Of a stretch of 64,000 bases of DNA, positions 1-11,600 are shown piece by piece. Numbering within the stretch: the first letter of the stretch is position 1; each line of letters starts with the position of its first letter. This stretch comes from Bdellovibrionota bacterium (GTDB lineage Bacteria > Bdellovibrionota_C > UBA2361 > OMII01): assembly GCA_044345405.1 (NCBI GenBank), contig JBIJBE010000009.1:1-64000 (forward strand), written 5' to 3'. The notes under the pieces were generated by a model, which was not told the DNA's origin, made no database searches, and was given only the letters and a program-made list of their open reading frames with translations. Both the position numbers and the translations under genes were made by a program.

Positions 1-2
1 AG

Positions 3-22
3 CCTGTCCCGAGTCCGAGGGA
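3..22. repeat. Small palindromic repeat CCTGTCCCGAG-N-CGAGGGA
   Basis: cctgtcccgagtccgaggga; a related copy cctgtcccgagcaacgtcgaggga lies at about 13542-13565, also intergenic. Confidence 0.5.
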
Positions 23-343
23 TGATCTCGTAGATAGTATTGTCTGAGAAGGCGCGATTGTTTCGTGGCATAGCCACTTTTCGGAAAAGAACACCAAAAG
101 TTGTGGAGAAAAGTAGGGTGTTCCAGATGTCAGTCCAGGGTCAGGGCGGCGCTGCTGGCGGCGGATGGGGGAGCCTAATCTTGCGTTTTTGATATCTGGG
201 CCACCTCCACGGCAAGATACCCATTATTTCTGGGCACTTACAAATCCGTCTGACGAGAACGGCTCCTAAAGTATTACACTCAGCAGGTTCAACGACCCCA
301 CCCCTTTGTGCTACCCTTCCACCACCCTAACCTACAGGATTTA

Positions 344-1624
344 ATGATGAACATTCTTCTCATCGGAGCGAACTTCAAAAACAAGGGTGCCGAGGCCATG
401 GCACTCACCGCCATCCGCGAGTTCTCCGAACGTTTTCCCGACGCAACCTTCACCGTCGCGTCCTACGCCTCGCGCGAAGCGCTCCCCTACGGCGACCACA
501 CCATGACCATAAGAGAACGTGAGTGCTCCTTCAGCCTTATTCGAAACCAAAAGTCGCTCTCAACCGCTTTGAGGATCCTAGGCGCCGCAATCTCGCCCAC
601 AAAAGCTCTCAGAGCACGGGTCGCCCGCGGGAACACCTACCTCGAAGCGATCGCGACCGCTGACATCGTCATCGACATCAGTGGATTCGCCCTGACCGAT
701 AAGCGCCCCCTTCACAGACGGGTCGTGTTCGTTGCTGAGATCCTCACCGCCAAGATATTCCGAAAACCGTTCGTGGTATTTACGCAGGCCGTCGGTCCCT
801 TCAAGCAACTACCGACACGATTGCTCGGAAAGTTCGGACTCCCACTCGCGGATCTCGTATGCGCTCGTGGCGAAAGCACCGTTGAGCACCTTAAGGCGCT
901 CGGCATTGAAAAGAAAACTAAGGTCATTCGTTGCGCTGATAGCGCGTACCTCTTCTCGTGTGGAGGGCGCAGCTCCACTCCTGAGCTCATCGTGCGATCC
1001 TCACAGGACCAACCGATCATCGGCATCGTTCCCAACACGAACGTCTTCGACCGAGCTAAAACTATCGATGGCGTTAATTCGTATACCGCGCTTCTCGCCG
1101 CGACGATTGACCACGCGGTGGAAAAGCTTAACGCTCGTGTCGTGTTCATCTGCCATGAGCACTACGAAGGTCGCAAAGATGATAAGTGGCTCGCTCATGA
1201 GGCGGTTCGCCACGCAAACCACGGCGCGTCCGCTCAGATCATCTCTGGCAATCACACAGCCGCCGAGCTCAAGCGCGCTATCGGTAACGTGGACCTCCTT
1301 ATCGCGTCTCGCTTCCACAGCCTCGTTGCCGCCAACTCACTCGCGGTCCCCTCAATCGCGTTAGCGTGGGCTCACAAGTACCACGAGCTCTTCGCGGAAG
1401 CTGGAATTCCAGAGCTTGTCTTCGATGGTGAGGATCTTGTAGTTTCAGAGTTCATTCCGCACCTCGACCGCGCATGGAATCGCCGGACCGAGATAACGGA
1501 AACACTTCGAGGAAAGCAGGAGAGCTTACGATCTTCCGCTCGCCGAGCGTTCGACGCGGTCGCGGATATGATTCGAGGGAACACCGCGCCACGACGAGAT
1601 ACCGCTCACAAAAACGCCGCCTAA
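344..1624 (+). CDS. Polysaccharide pyruvyl transferase family protein (WcaK-like)
   Basis: NKGAEAM, D-x-x-IDISGF, QAVGPF, ARGEST, ADSAYL, SRFHSLV and AWAHKY motifs; ATG at 344 preferred. Confidence 0.85.
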   Translation: MMNILLIGANFKNKGAEAMALTAIREFSERFPDATFTVASYASREALPYGDHTMTIRERECSFSLIRNQKSLSTALRILGAAISPTKALRARVARGNTYLEAIATADIVIDISGFALTDKRPLHRRVVFVAEILTAKIFRKPFVVFTQAVGPFKQLPTRLLGKFGLPLADLVCARGESTVEHLKALGIEKKTKVIRCADSAYLFSCGGRSSTPELIVRSSQDQPIIGIVPNTNVFDRAKTIDGVNSYTALLAATIDHAVEKLNARVVFICHEHYEGRKDDKWLAHEAVRHANHGASAQIISGNHTAAELKRAIGNVDLLIASRFHSLVAANSLAVPSIALAWAHKYHELFAEAGIPELVFDGEDLVVSEFIPHLDRAWNRRTEITETLRGKQESLRSSARRAFDAVADMIRGNTAPRRDTAHKNAA

Positions 1625-1639
1625 GCTTACTACCACGTC

Positions 1640-3148
1640 ATGACGAAACGACCACGCTTCCTCATTGAGGTTCCAGAACAAGGACTATGTCACGGATGTG
1701 GGGGATGCGGTGGCGCGTGCCCGACGGACGCTATAACAATGCGCCCCACACCTGAAGGAACCCTCGCTCCCGATATCGAACTGGACAAGTGCACAAACTG
1801 TGGACTCTGCTTCAGCGTGTGTCCTGGACACTCCTTCGACATCCCGTACTTCCACAAGAAGATCTACGGTGGACCACCACTCCATCCAGAGGTTGGCCAC
1901 TACCGCGAGATGTACGCTGGCTACGCCTCAGATAAGGATATCCAGTGGGCCGGGCAAAGTGGCGGCGTTATCTCCGCGCTCCTGATCGATCTCCTAGAGC
2001 GAAAGGAGATCGATGGTGCCGTGGTAACGCGAGTGCCGGCGAATGCCCCAACAAAGGCTGAAACCTTCATCGCTCGCACACGGGAGGACATCCTCTCCTG
2101 CGTCGGCTCAAAGTACGGCCCCGTCTCCGCCGCCGAGGCGATCCGACTCGTTCGCAAAGAGAAGGGCAAATTCGTCTTCGTGGGCGTTAGCTGTCAAATC
2201 CACGCGTTCCGAAAGGCGAGTGAGTTCAGCAAGACCCTCGCTCCAAAGATCTATGCCTTCTTCGGACTCCACTGTAAGGGGATCTACTCAACCCATTTCT
2301 TCGATTTTCTCCTCGCGCGGCACGGACTCAAATCGAGTGACGTGAAGAGCTTTAATCTCCGAAGCAAGGAGTGGCGTGGATGGCCCGCGGACCTCAGAAT
2401 CGAGACCCACGACGGACGTACCATCGATCTTTCCGGCGGTCTCAGCCGCACCGGCCCTCGTGACTACTTCGCGCAGATGCGCTGCCTCACCTGCACCGAT
2501 AAACTCAACGAGTTCTCTGACGTCAGCTTCGGCGACTGCCGTGTTCCATGGGTCTACGACAAGCAAACCCTCGCGCAAGCGGAAGGAGGAGATAATCCAG
2601 GACAATCAGATATCGTAGCTCGTACTGAGCGAGGGAGCGCGCTTATTCAAAGCGCTATCGATCGAGGTATTCTCATTACCAAGAAGATGGACTGGACCGA
2701 TCTCGTAGTGAGCACCAAACCATCTGAAAAGAAGCTCGCGATCAGCAACCTCAAGATACTCGCGCCTATCCTTGGATTCTCAATTCCCGACTACGGTACG
2801 ACATTCCAACCAAAAGACCCTAAAGAGCGCCGAACCTTTAATCTGCTCCACATACCAACCTTGGTAAGCTCCGCGTTCTTCGTTATCTTTTGGAAGGTAG
2901 CCAAGTACCCATGGGTCCGAGCCCTGTACGACAAGCTCCCACTTCGCTACATCCACCTCGCTGGCGGACTCAGGCGACGACTCACCAACTATCGACGGGC
3001 GAACACCGTGGAGATCGAAGCGATCTACCGAGAGGCCGGAGAGATGAAGATCCTTCCCGGCACCTGCCACCCGCTCGCGGGAAAAAAGAAGAGCCGCTCA
3101 GAGACCGAGGCAAAGCAGCAGAGCTGCGTCGCGGCGTTCAACGAATAG
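1640..3148 (+). CDS. Coenzyme F420 hydrogenase/dehydrogenase beta-subunit family protein with 2x[4Fe-4S] N-terminus
   Basis: CHGCGGCGGACP and CTNCGLCFSVCPG ferredoxin motifs, SGGVISALL, GSKY, VGVSCQI, GLHC, RCLTCTD, SDVSFGD. Confidence 0.85.
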   Translation: MTKRPRFLIEVPEQGLCHGCGGCGGACPTDAITMRPTPEGTLAPDIELDKCTNCGLCFSVCPGHSFDIPYFHKKIYGGPPLHPEVGHYREMYAGYASDKDIQWAGQSGGVISALLIDLLERKEIDGAVVTRVPANAPTKAETFIARTREDILSCVGSKYGPVSAAEAIRLVRKEKGKFVFVGVSCQIHAFRKASEFSKTLAPKIYAFFGLHCKGIYSTHFFDFLLARHGLKSSDVKSFNLRSKEWRGWPADLRIETHDGRTIDLSGGLSRTGPRDYFAQMRCLTCTDKLNEFSDVSFGDCRVPWVYDKQTLAQAEGGDNPGQSDIVARTERGSALIQSAIDRGILITKKMDWTDLVVSTKPSEKKLAISNLKILAPILGFSIPDYGTTFQPKDPKERRTFNLLHIPTLVSSAFFVIFWKVAKYPWVRALYDKLPLRYIHLAGGLRRRLTNYRRANTVEIEAIYREAGEMKILPGTCHPLAGKKKSRSETEAKQQSCVAAFNE

Positions 3149-3156
3149 GAAAGCGA

Positions 3157-4182
3157 ATGACCACCGAAGAGACGCAGGAGACGCCCCGACCGCGACCTCG
3201 CTCCAAGGCGATTAAAGCTATCAAGGCAGTTCTTCTTGGCGCGTCGCTCGTCGCGGTTATATATGCCCTTGCACATGAGCGAGAGACCTTCCGCCAGGCG
3301 ATGCTCATCTCTCCCTCACGACTCGCGCTTATCATCGCGCTCCTCGTCGTCTACTTTCTGATCTACAGCTACCGGTTCGTTATCTTGATCGAAAAGCACT
3401 GCGATTGTCGGATCGGGCTCCTGCCGTGGCTACGGATGCTCGTCGTGGTTCGATTCATGAACAACACCGTCCCCCAAATGGGGACGGTCTATCGCGGAGT
3501 GCACCTCAAAAAAGATTTCGGCGTCTCGTACACCGATTACATCTCAGCCAACCTCTTCTTTGTGCTAACCGATACGGTCTTTAACTTCGCCATCGCGGCG
3601 GTTCTCCTTATCGCGACCGGCAACACACTCTCGTTTGGAGGTATCCACGCCTCGCTCTGGCTCTTCGCGGGGTTCATCGGACTCCTTACGCTTCCCTATG
3701 TTGTCTCCTACATCCTCTCGCACGTTCGGGCCGCGCAACAGAAACCCAATAAGATCATACGCGGACTCTCCGAGGTCGCTCATGAGATAACGGCGAGCGT
3801 CCGCGACCTACGGTACATGCTCATCTCTAATGTACTCGCGTTTGCCTCCTTCATGACGATGGCATGGGTCTTTCATCTTCTGCTACAGGCTGTCGAGGTT
3901 GACCTTCCCTTCGGAACCCTCGCCGTTTTCTACGCCCTCTATCGGCTCACCTTCCACATCAATATTACTCCGGGCAATATCGGAATCCGAGAGCTCGCGT
4001 ACGGACTTCTGTGCGCGCAGGCAGACGTGGGAATGTCTAAAGGAATACTCGTATCCGCGGAGCTACGGGTCCTCTCCATGGCGGTACTGCTTGTTCTCGG
4101 GGTCCTCTTAGCGTGGCGCGATCTCCGCGACGCATGGATAGCTATCCGGTCTCGCCGAGCTCCCGAGCAAACCTCCAACTAG
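3157..4182 (+). CDS. Lysylphosphatidylglycerol-synthase TM domain / flippase-like membrane protein (UPF0104-like)
   Basis: Multiple TM helices, FMNNTVP, ITPGNIGIRE motif; ATG at 3157 follows the upstream stop. Confidence 0.75.
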   Translation: MTTEETQETPRPRPRSKAIKAIKAVLLGASLVAVIYALAHERETFRQAMLISPSRLALIIALLVVYFLIYSYRFVILIEKHCDCRIGLLPWLRMLVVVRFMNNTVPQMGTVYRGVHLKKDFGVSYTDYISANLFFVLTDTVFNFAIAAVLLIATGNTLSFGGIHASLWLFAGFIGLLTLPYVVSYILSHVRAAQQKPNKIIRGLSEVAHEITASVRDLRYMLISNVLAFASFMTMAWVFHLLLQAVEVDLPFGTLAVFYALYRLTFHINITPGNIGIRELAYGLLCAQADVGMSKGILVSAELRVLSMAVLLVLGVLLAWRDLRDAWIAIRSRRAPEQTSN

Positions 4183-4267
4183 TCGACATCGCAGGGCATT
4201 TCAAGTCAGCTTCCCCCGTCTGCGTGTTGCCAATCCACACTCTCTTTGACACACTACCCCCCACGAC

Positions 4268-6376
4268 GTGCGACTACCCTTGCCCCCGGAACATGTGAAT
4301 CACACACCTCAATTTCGCCATCGCTCCGCACTTGAGGCGTACTTCTTCGCGCTCGTCGTGTGGGTCTCGCTCCTCTCCCTCACCTCAATCGCATTACTGA
4401 GCGTTTCGTCCTTCACGCCAGCCTTCGTTCTTATTGGAGCGATCGTCTCACTCGGTCCATCCCTAGTCTTCCTCAAGCGATATCCAGCGACACAAAAGCT
4501 CACACGAGCGGAATGGCTCGTCATCGCGCTCGTCGCTGTGGCGTTCGCTCTTCGATCGAACACCTCCGCGTACGTCTATGGAGGCCAAGACCCAGGGGTC
4601 TACACAAACGTCGCGAGCCACTTCGCTGAAAACGGGTCATGGATTATCAAGGACCACCTTCTCGACGAATTCGAGAGTCGTCCTGATCTGAGGGCCTACT
4701 ATGTAGCGAACTCCTTCCGCAGAGCCTCTCAAAACGCGGACGGAGGATGGATCGGAAACATGATCCCCGGAATCTACCTCAAAGACCTCGACAAAAATGA
4801 ATGGGTCTCACAGTTCTACCACGTCAATACAACGTGGCTGGCGATCGGGCAGTGGCTCTTTGGACGGGAATGGAAAGGACTCACGCTCGCGTTTCTCTCC
4901 TCCCTCTCACTTATCGCCGCCTACCTTATCACCGTGCGTGTATCTCATTCCGCCTTGGCGGGAATAACCGCCGCGTTCTTACTCGCTACAAACGCCGCCC
5001 ACTCCTACATCGGCACATTCCCGGTTTCAGAGGCCGTCGCCGGATTCTTTTTCCTCTCAGCGCTCTCGATGCTCACAGCTGGCGCTCAGATCTCCGCGCT
5101 CCTTCCATTCACAACCCTCTTTCTCACCCGCATCACTGGATTCCTCACCGCGCCACTCGTGCTCATCTCGTTAGGATGGATACTCGTCCGACGAAGAGAC
5201 ATGAAAGCACTATGCACCGGACTCGGAATTATCGGAGGGTACGCGCTGAGTGTCATGTGGGGGCTGCGTTTCTCCGCGCCCTACTCACGGGATATCTACC
5301 GTGGAAAGTTGGGCATCCCCTCCTCGCTCCTTGAACACGCTCCGATCGTGTTCCTCTCGTTAGCGGGCGCGTGGATCGTGGCGTGCCTCGTCGCAGTTCG
5401 GTATCACCACCTTTTTCAAAAACTCTGCAAGCCGGTGCTCCGATATAGAACGCACCTCACCGTCGCCGCTATCGCGCTTATCCTCGTTGCGATCGGCTTT
5501 CGCGGGTACCTTCTCGCCTTCACCGACCATTACGCGGCGCACCGATGGTTCGGAAAGCGGTGGAATATGGCCGCCCATGGGGTCGATTCACTCAAGTACC
5601 TCTCCTTCTACACCCTGAGCCTCATGCTCTCACCACTTGGGATAGTCGCGTTCCTCGTCGGTCTCGCGCAGGTCGGAAAGCTCGCCTTTCGCCGAGCGAC
5701 CGTAGCCCCGCTCGCGATATGCTCGTTGGGATTCTTCGCCGCGCTCACCATCAAACAACTCACCACCCCCTACCTCTACTATTTTGGGAGATACCTCGTG
5801 AGCGAGCTCCTCCCACTCGCCATCATCTGCGCCGCTATCGCCATCTACTCCCTCACACGACACCTCCCACGAGCGCGTTTCATAGCCGCGCCTCTCTACT
5901 GCGTGTGTGTCTTCGCGATTCTCTATCCAAGTCTCGACGCCCGACTTCGAATTCGAGAGGGACGACAATTCTATGAAGCGATGGCGTGTCTCGATGAGAT
6001 AACGCCGGGGCGAAGTGTCATCCTCGTCGACAAACGAAACTTCCCCGATGTTCCCGTTGTCACCGCGCTTCGATTCTCATTTCAGAAGCCGACCTTTACC
6101 CTGCGCGAGAGCGATTTCGGACAACCAGAGAAGCTCCAGGATCTCCTCAACCACTTCAAGGCAAAGGGATACAACGTTTACCTGGTAAGCTCGGACGACA
6201 ATTGGAACTCGAAAGGCGGCTTCACTAAGGTTCTTCGCATCCCCGCTATTATGAGAAGGGTCGGCGGCAAAGCCGAAGCGCCAACGAAGATGAGTACCCT
6301 CGCGCACCCGATCCGGGTTTACTCCCTTGAGCAATCAACCACCCTTCCAGAGATATGCAAAAAGGTGCAAAACTAG
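4268..6376 (+). CDS. Multi-pass membrane GT-C fold glycosyltransferase-like protein
   Basis: GGQDPGVY early loop, many TM helices, PVSE and GRYLV motifs, soluble C-terminal domain; glycan locus context. Confidence 0.6.
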   Translation: MRLPLPPEHVNHTPQFRHRSALEAYFFALVVWVSLLSLTSIALLSVSSFTPAFVLIGAIVSLGPSLVFLKRYPATQKLTRAEWLVIALVAVAFALRSNTSAYVYGGQDPGVYTNVASHFAENGSWIIKDHLLDEFESRPDLRAYYVANSFRRASQNADGGWIGNMIPGIYLKDLDKNEWVSQFYHVNTTWLAIGQWLFGREWKGLTLAFLSSLSLIAAYLITVRVSHSALAGITAAFLLATNAAHSYIGTFPVSEAVAGFFFLSALSMLTAGAQISALLPFTTLFLTRITGFLTAPLVLISLGWILVRRRDMKALCTGLGIIGGYALSVMWGLRFSAPYSRDIYRGKLGIPSSLLEHAPIVFLSLAGAWIVACLVAVRYHHLFQKLCKPVLRYRTHLTVAAIALILVAIGFRGYLLAFTDHYAAHRWFGKRWNMAAHGVDSLKYLSFYTLSLMLSPLGIVAFLVGLAQVGKLAFRRATVAPLAICSLGFFAALTIKQLTTPYLYYFGRYLVSELLPLAIICAAIAIYSLTRHLPRARFIAAPLYCVCVFAILYPSLDARLRIREGRQFYEAMACLDEITPGRSVILVDKRNFPDVPVVTALRFSFQKPTFTLRESDFGQPEKLQDLLNHFKAKGYNVYLVSSDDNWNSKGGFTKVLRIPAIMRRVGGKAEAPTKMSTLAHPIRVYSLEQSTTLPEICKKVQN

Positions 6377-6381
6377 CCGAG

Positions 6382-7497
6382 ATGAAGAAGCTCCTGGTCA
6401 TTCTCGATGAACTCTTCCCCGTGCGAGGGGCGCCGCAGGTGCGGATTCAAAACCTGCTAGCCTCACTCCCATCATGGGATAAACACGCCGTGGGGGGAAA
6501 GCTCGCTGAATGCTCTGCGCCAGAGGGACATACCCTTCTTGAACGACCATCGGAGCGTAAGCCCGTTTCCTTTATCCTCTTCCTCGCCCGCCTAGGGGCC
6601 ACGGCCAAAAAGGCCGCGAGAAAGATCCAACCTGACACGATCGTGCTCTCAGTACCCAAATACGAGATGCTTTTCTTCGCGCCAGCGCTGAGCAAGCTCA
6701 CCCCACGATTTGTTTTAGACTTCCGTGATTCGCTCGCCTTTCTCGATTACGGCGCATACCTTGCTCACTTCCTTCCAAAGAAGCTCGCGACTTTGGCTGG
6801 ATCTCTCATCTTGAAAGCCAATCGCTATCTCCAAGAGCGCGCGATACGATCCGCTACCATGATTACGGTGGCGAACGAGGGGATCAAAAGATCCATAAAC
6901 CATCCGAACGTTGTCGTGGTTCCAAACGGCGTCGACACCGACACTTTTATTCCACGCCACAAAGAGTGGTTCGACGGCACACGCCCCTTAAAGCTCGTCT
7001 ACCTGGGCAACTTCGCTGAGAAGGACCTCTTCGGATGGATCGCCGCCTTGAAGGGCATAGAAAATCTTGAGGTCCACCTCATAGGAGATGGACGCAATCG
7101 CGACAAGGTGCGGGAACAACTCCAAGGCATCCGTACCATCTTCCACGGGATAGTTCCTCATGACGACCTTCCATCCCTCCTTGCGCGGATGGACGTCGGG
7201 TTTATCTTTCGAAAGCCAGGCGTTGATCAATCAATCCCGGTGTGTCTCTTTGAGTACACCTCAATGAACATTCCATCTCTGTGCAACGACACCGGGATTA
7301 TGGCCGAATTCGTTCAGAACAAAGGGATCGGATTCGTCGTCAACGACGAGCACGACTTCAAGTCGACGGTCAGCCGGATTCTAGCCCAACCATCGGAGCT
7401 GAAGCGATTTGAGACGCTTCATGAATTTGCCGACCGAGAGTTTTCGCTTCGCGCGAGTCGAGAGAAGTTCGCGATGCTGTTTAACGAAACGATGTAG
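6382..7497 (+). CDS. Glycosyltransferase family 4
   Basis: VVPNGVDTDTF, LVYLGN, IGDGRNR, GIVPHDDLP, PVCLFEY motifs. Confidence 0.85.
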   Translation: MKKLLVILDELFPVRGAPQVRIQNLLASLPSWDKHAVGGKLAECSAPEGHTLLERPSERKPVSFILFLARLGATAKKAARKIQPDTIVLSVPKYEMLFFAPALSKLTPRFVLDFRDSLAFLDYGAYLAHFLPKKLATLAGSLILKANRYLQERAIRSATMITVANEGIKRSINHPNVVVVPNGVDTDTFIPRHKEWFDGTRPLKLVYLGNFAEKDLFGWIAALKGIENLEVHLIGDGRNRDKVREQLQGIRTIFHGIVPHDDLPSLLARMDVGFIFRKPGVDQSIPVCLFEYTSMNIPSLCNDTGIMAEFVQNKGIGFVVNDEHDFKSTVSRILAQPSELKRFETLHEFADREFSLRASREKFAMLFNETM

Positions 7498-7723
7498 TTC
7501 CTATCGAGCGGGACCAGCGCTCTCTCTCCTGGTACATACCAGCCGTACCCACGAAATGTACGTTCACCGCTCAGCCGACACAGGTCTGTCCATTCCTTGC
7601 GCCCCTGTAGCCCCTCACAAACAACCCATTACCGACTGGTACACGCTCTAAATCACTTTTGAAGCCGTTGAGTACCCCCGTGTCTCACGCAACACTTAGG
7701 TAGCTGCCAAAAGCCCCCCCTTT

Positions 7724-8461
7724 ATGAGCGCTACGAAACCTCAATCCATCTCTACCGGGAGTGTCCCATACGACACCATACTCCACGAGCTCGTTCAGCA
7801 CTTTAATTCCCAAGGGTACAAAACCCTTGCGAGTAAGAACGAGCACCACGCTCGCCGAACCGTGGTCGCTACCTTCAACGACGGGGCGCAACTTCACCTC
7901 ACCTACCCGGGACTCAAAGCAGGGCACACCAGAAAGATTCCACGCTATCAATACGACTTCCGAGTCGATTTTTCGTATCCCGAGGGTCCAACACGCACGA
8001 TCTCTCACGCAGAGATCGTGCTCGATCTCTATTCAAAGGTCACCCTCAAGCACATGACCTATGAGGAGGCGCGAAACCTTCTTCGAGACATAAGAGATGG
8101 ACGCACACCGCCGGACACGCACTACGCAAAACAAAGGATCCCGGCAGCCTATGTAGCCACCTGTCGACAGATACACGAGCAGATGGGCAAAAGCTTCCGT
8201 CCAACCTCACAACAGGCGCTCTCCCCATTTCAGCTCGCCGCTCTCCTCATCTTCATCCTTCTTCAGGAGGAGGCTAATTACCCCTCCTACATCCTCGGCA
8301 AACGCTCCCCTTTCAGCGGACGAACCTTGGCGCTTGACCGCTATATCGAAGCCATTTGGTCAGCGGCTCACGCCCCGCACCGCCTGAGCGAGGTCCTCTT
8401 GCGGACACTCCAAGAGCGGGGGCGCCCTAAACGATGGGAGGGGGTCTCGTATGACCTCTGA
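7724..8461 (+). CDS. Hypothetical protein
   Basis: 245-aa ORF in its own intergenic space; conserved-looking YDFRVD, SHAEIVLDLY and QEEANYP segments; no family recognised. Confidence 0.6.
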   Translation: MSATKPQSISTGSVPYDTILHELVQHFNSQGYKTLASKNEHHARRTVVATFNDGAQLHLTYPGLKAGHTRKIPRYQYDFRVDFSYPEGPTRTISHAEIVLDLYSKVTLKHMTYEEARNLLRDIRDGRTPPDTHYAKQRIPAAYVATCRQIHEQMGKSFRPTSQQALSPFQLAALLIFILLQEEANYPSYILGKRSPFSGRTLALDRYIEAIWSAAHAPHRLSEVLLRTLQERGRPKRWEGVSYDL

Positions 8462-8643
8462 TCTCCCCCTACTCCTACCTATCTTACTAACAGCCTGGGT
8501 GTTCCATCCCATGAAACACACCACCCCTTCCTCCCCTATGATCTGACATACTCGTCATCGCAGCTAAAAACCCCCTTCCCAAGAACCCTCGGAGATTCGT
8601 AGCGTAGAGACGTTCATCCCCGAGCCCCACGAGACCAACCGAT

Positions 8644-11600
8644 ATGAAACGATTCGGCGACACCGTTTTCTACACCGCGACAGACCTGTGCAATTTCAGT
8701 GATTGCCACTATCTCGTACTCAGGGACAAACGCTCCCTCTATGAAAAACTAGAAAAGACCACCGAGGACGAGCAAGCGATCCTCATCACCCGAAAAGGAA
8801 GGGAACACGAGCAGCGCTACCACTCGACACTTACCACGCAGGGCACCCCACCCTTTGAGCCCCTCTACTCAATCCCTCACGATCCGATACGCGAACGATC
8901 CGTCACCGAGAAGGCGCTCCATGAGGGGCACCCATACATCTACCAAGCGATGCTCGCCAAGGATAACCTCTGGGGGCTCTCCGATTTCCTCAAGCGTGTT
9001 GAAAAGCCGTCAAAGCTCGGTGCGTTCAGCTACGAGGTCGTTGACACGAAACTTGGAAAAAGTCACAAGGCGACCTACGCCCTTCAGCTCTGCTTTTACT
9101 CCGAGCTCCTCCAAGCGATCCAAGGCACACTCCCGGAATACGCCTACATCGTTGATGGAACCAGCACCCCTCGCCCCTACCGAATAGCTGACTACTACTC
9201 GTACTATCAGAACCTCAAAGAGGAGTTCCTCGCTACCATTTCCGCGACCGACGCAACCTCGGTCGCTCCCGAACCGTGCGCGCACTGCTCCATCTGCCAC
9301 TGGCGCACCCACTGCAAGAGCCACTGGGAGGAGACCGATCACCTTTCACGAGTCGCTCGAATCACCGGTCCTCAACGAAAGCGCCTCGTGAACATCGGGG
9401 TCTCCACCATGGCGCAACTCGCCTCGCACGAGGGGGAAGTGCCCGCCAAGCTAGCGCCACGCGTCTTCACCCGTCTCAAGGAACAGGCACGACTTCAGAT
9501 AGTAGGAAAAGAGAAGCCAAGCCTCTCCTTCGTTCACCCGGACGATGGTGGTATCGGATTTAAATCCCTCCCTCCTCAATCGGACGGCGACCTCTTCTAC
9601 GACATCGAGGCGGATCCCCTAATTAAAGCCGAGGCGCTTGAGAACGAGGATTTCAACCTCCGCGATGGACTCGAGTACCTCCACGGTTTCTCATTCAGAA
9701 ATCCCGACAAAACATTTGGCTTCACACACTTCCTCGCCTTCACCAAAGCCGAGGAGCGAGTAGCGTATGAAAGCCTCATGGATTTCATGATTGAGCGCGT
9801 GACAAAGTTTCCAGACGCGCACATCTACCACTATTCAGCCTACGAGATAGCAGCTCTTAAGCGCATGAGCGCGCAATATCCATCACGCACAGACGAACTC
9901 GATAGACTGCTCAAAGAGAAACGCTTCGTCGACCTCTACGAGGTCGTCCGTAACGCGATTCGGGTCTCTGAACCGAAATACTCCATTAAGAACCTTGAAC
10001 GATTCTACAGCGAGAAACGTGACCTCGACGTAAAAGGAGGTGGCGATAGCATCGTTGTATTTGAGCGCTACCTCGAAACGAAGGATCCCGAGGTCCTTCA
10101 AAAGATCATCGACTACAACCGCAAGGACTGCGACTCAACGATCGAACTCCTCGACTGGCTTCACGACCTCAAGGCTCAAGCCGCCAAAGAGTTCAAGGTC
10201 GATTGGTCAACCATCAATCCTCCCGCCCCTAAGAAGGAGAAGAAGCTTAAAGAGGATGAGGTTCCCAAGAGTGAGCTCGAGGCAGCCCGCCTTCAGCGTT
10301 ACCGCACCCTCTTTAATGCCGATGACCTCTTTGAGACCCCGCGCGAGGAGTACACAACGGGACAAAAGCTTCGTGAAAAACTCTTCTATCTCTCAGACTT
10401 CTATCGACGCGAGATGAAGCCGGCTTGGTGGAAGTTCTTCAGTCTTAAAGACTCCCCCGAGAAACAGGACTCGCATGTCGAGACCCTCACTAACGTGCGC
10501 GTTGACCCATCGATGCCCGAGGGACTTTCGGGCCGATCACGACTCCTCCACTACACCTTTCCACCTCGTGAGACCAAACTGGAGAAAGGGGATGGAGTTC
10601 ACGATGTGCGACACGATCAGGACTACGGCACCATCGAATCGATCGATCCCTACCAAGGAACGATCAGCATCAAACTACGGGGAGACGCCACGGTCTACGA
10701 TCATATCGACATCACCAAGAAGCCAGAGCAACTCACCGACTCCCTGCGAGAGGGGCTCGATCGCTTCCTTGACGCGGTGGGAGAGCTCGAACTTGAGAAC
10801 CTAAATAACCTCAAACGAAACCATCCCCACACGGCGCTTATCGATATCCTTCAGAGACGGGATCCCGTCTTTAAGGATGGAAAGCCACGACCCGTTATCG
10901 TGCCACACTCAGCGCAACATCCAGAGTTCGGCGCGGCGCTCTACGACGCGGCGATTAATCTCGATGGAAGCTACCTCTTCATTCAGGGGCCTCCTGGAAC
11001 CGGAAAGACATATCACGGAGCCCGCCTCGCCGCCGCGCTGATGAAAGCCGGCAAAACCGTCGGCGTTACCTCCAACTCACACAAAGCGGTCAATAATTTC
11101 TTGAGCGAGGTCGACAAGGTCGCGCACACAGAAAAGACTCCGTTCCGAGGGGTAAAGAAGTCGAATAAAGAGGGATCATCGCAGTGCTTCCAACCAGAGG
11201 GCGATACCTCCTACGTCGAGAACTGCTATAAGTCCGAAAGCTTCGATCCGGATAAGTACAACCTACTCGCCGGCACCGCCTGGGCCTTCGCGTATGAGCA
11301 CCTCTACGACAAGCTCGATTACCTCTTCGTTGATGAGGCTTCGCAGATGTCCATCGCCCACCTGATGGCGGCAGGCTCCTCCGCGAAGAATCTAATCCTG
11401 ATCGGAGATCCGTGCCAGCTCTCCCAACCGATTCAGGGTACCCACCCAGCGGATCTCCACCTCTCACCCCTCGAACTACTCTTGGGCGACAACAAAACTA
11501 TTCCTCCTCATCGCGGGGTATTTCTCGATAACTGTCGACGGATGCACGGTGAAATCTGTACCCTCCTTTCGAAGCACGTCTACGAAAACAGACTTATCGC

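Noticed and set aside
2890-3156. Upstream extension of the flippase-like ORF
   Set aside because: Overlaps the FrhB-like gene out of frame; ATG 3157 fits operon spacing
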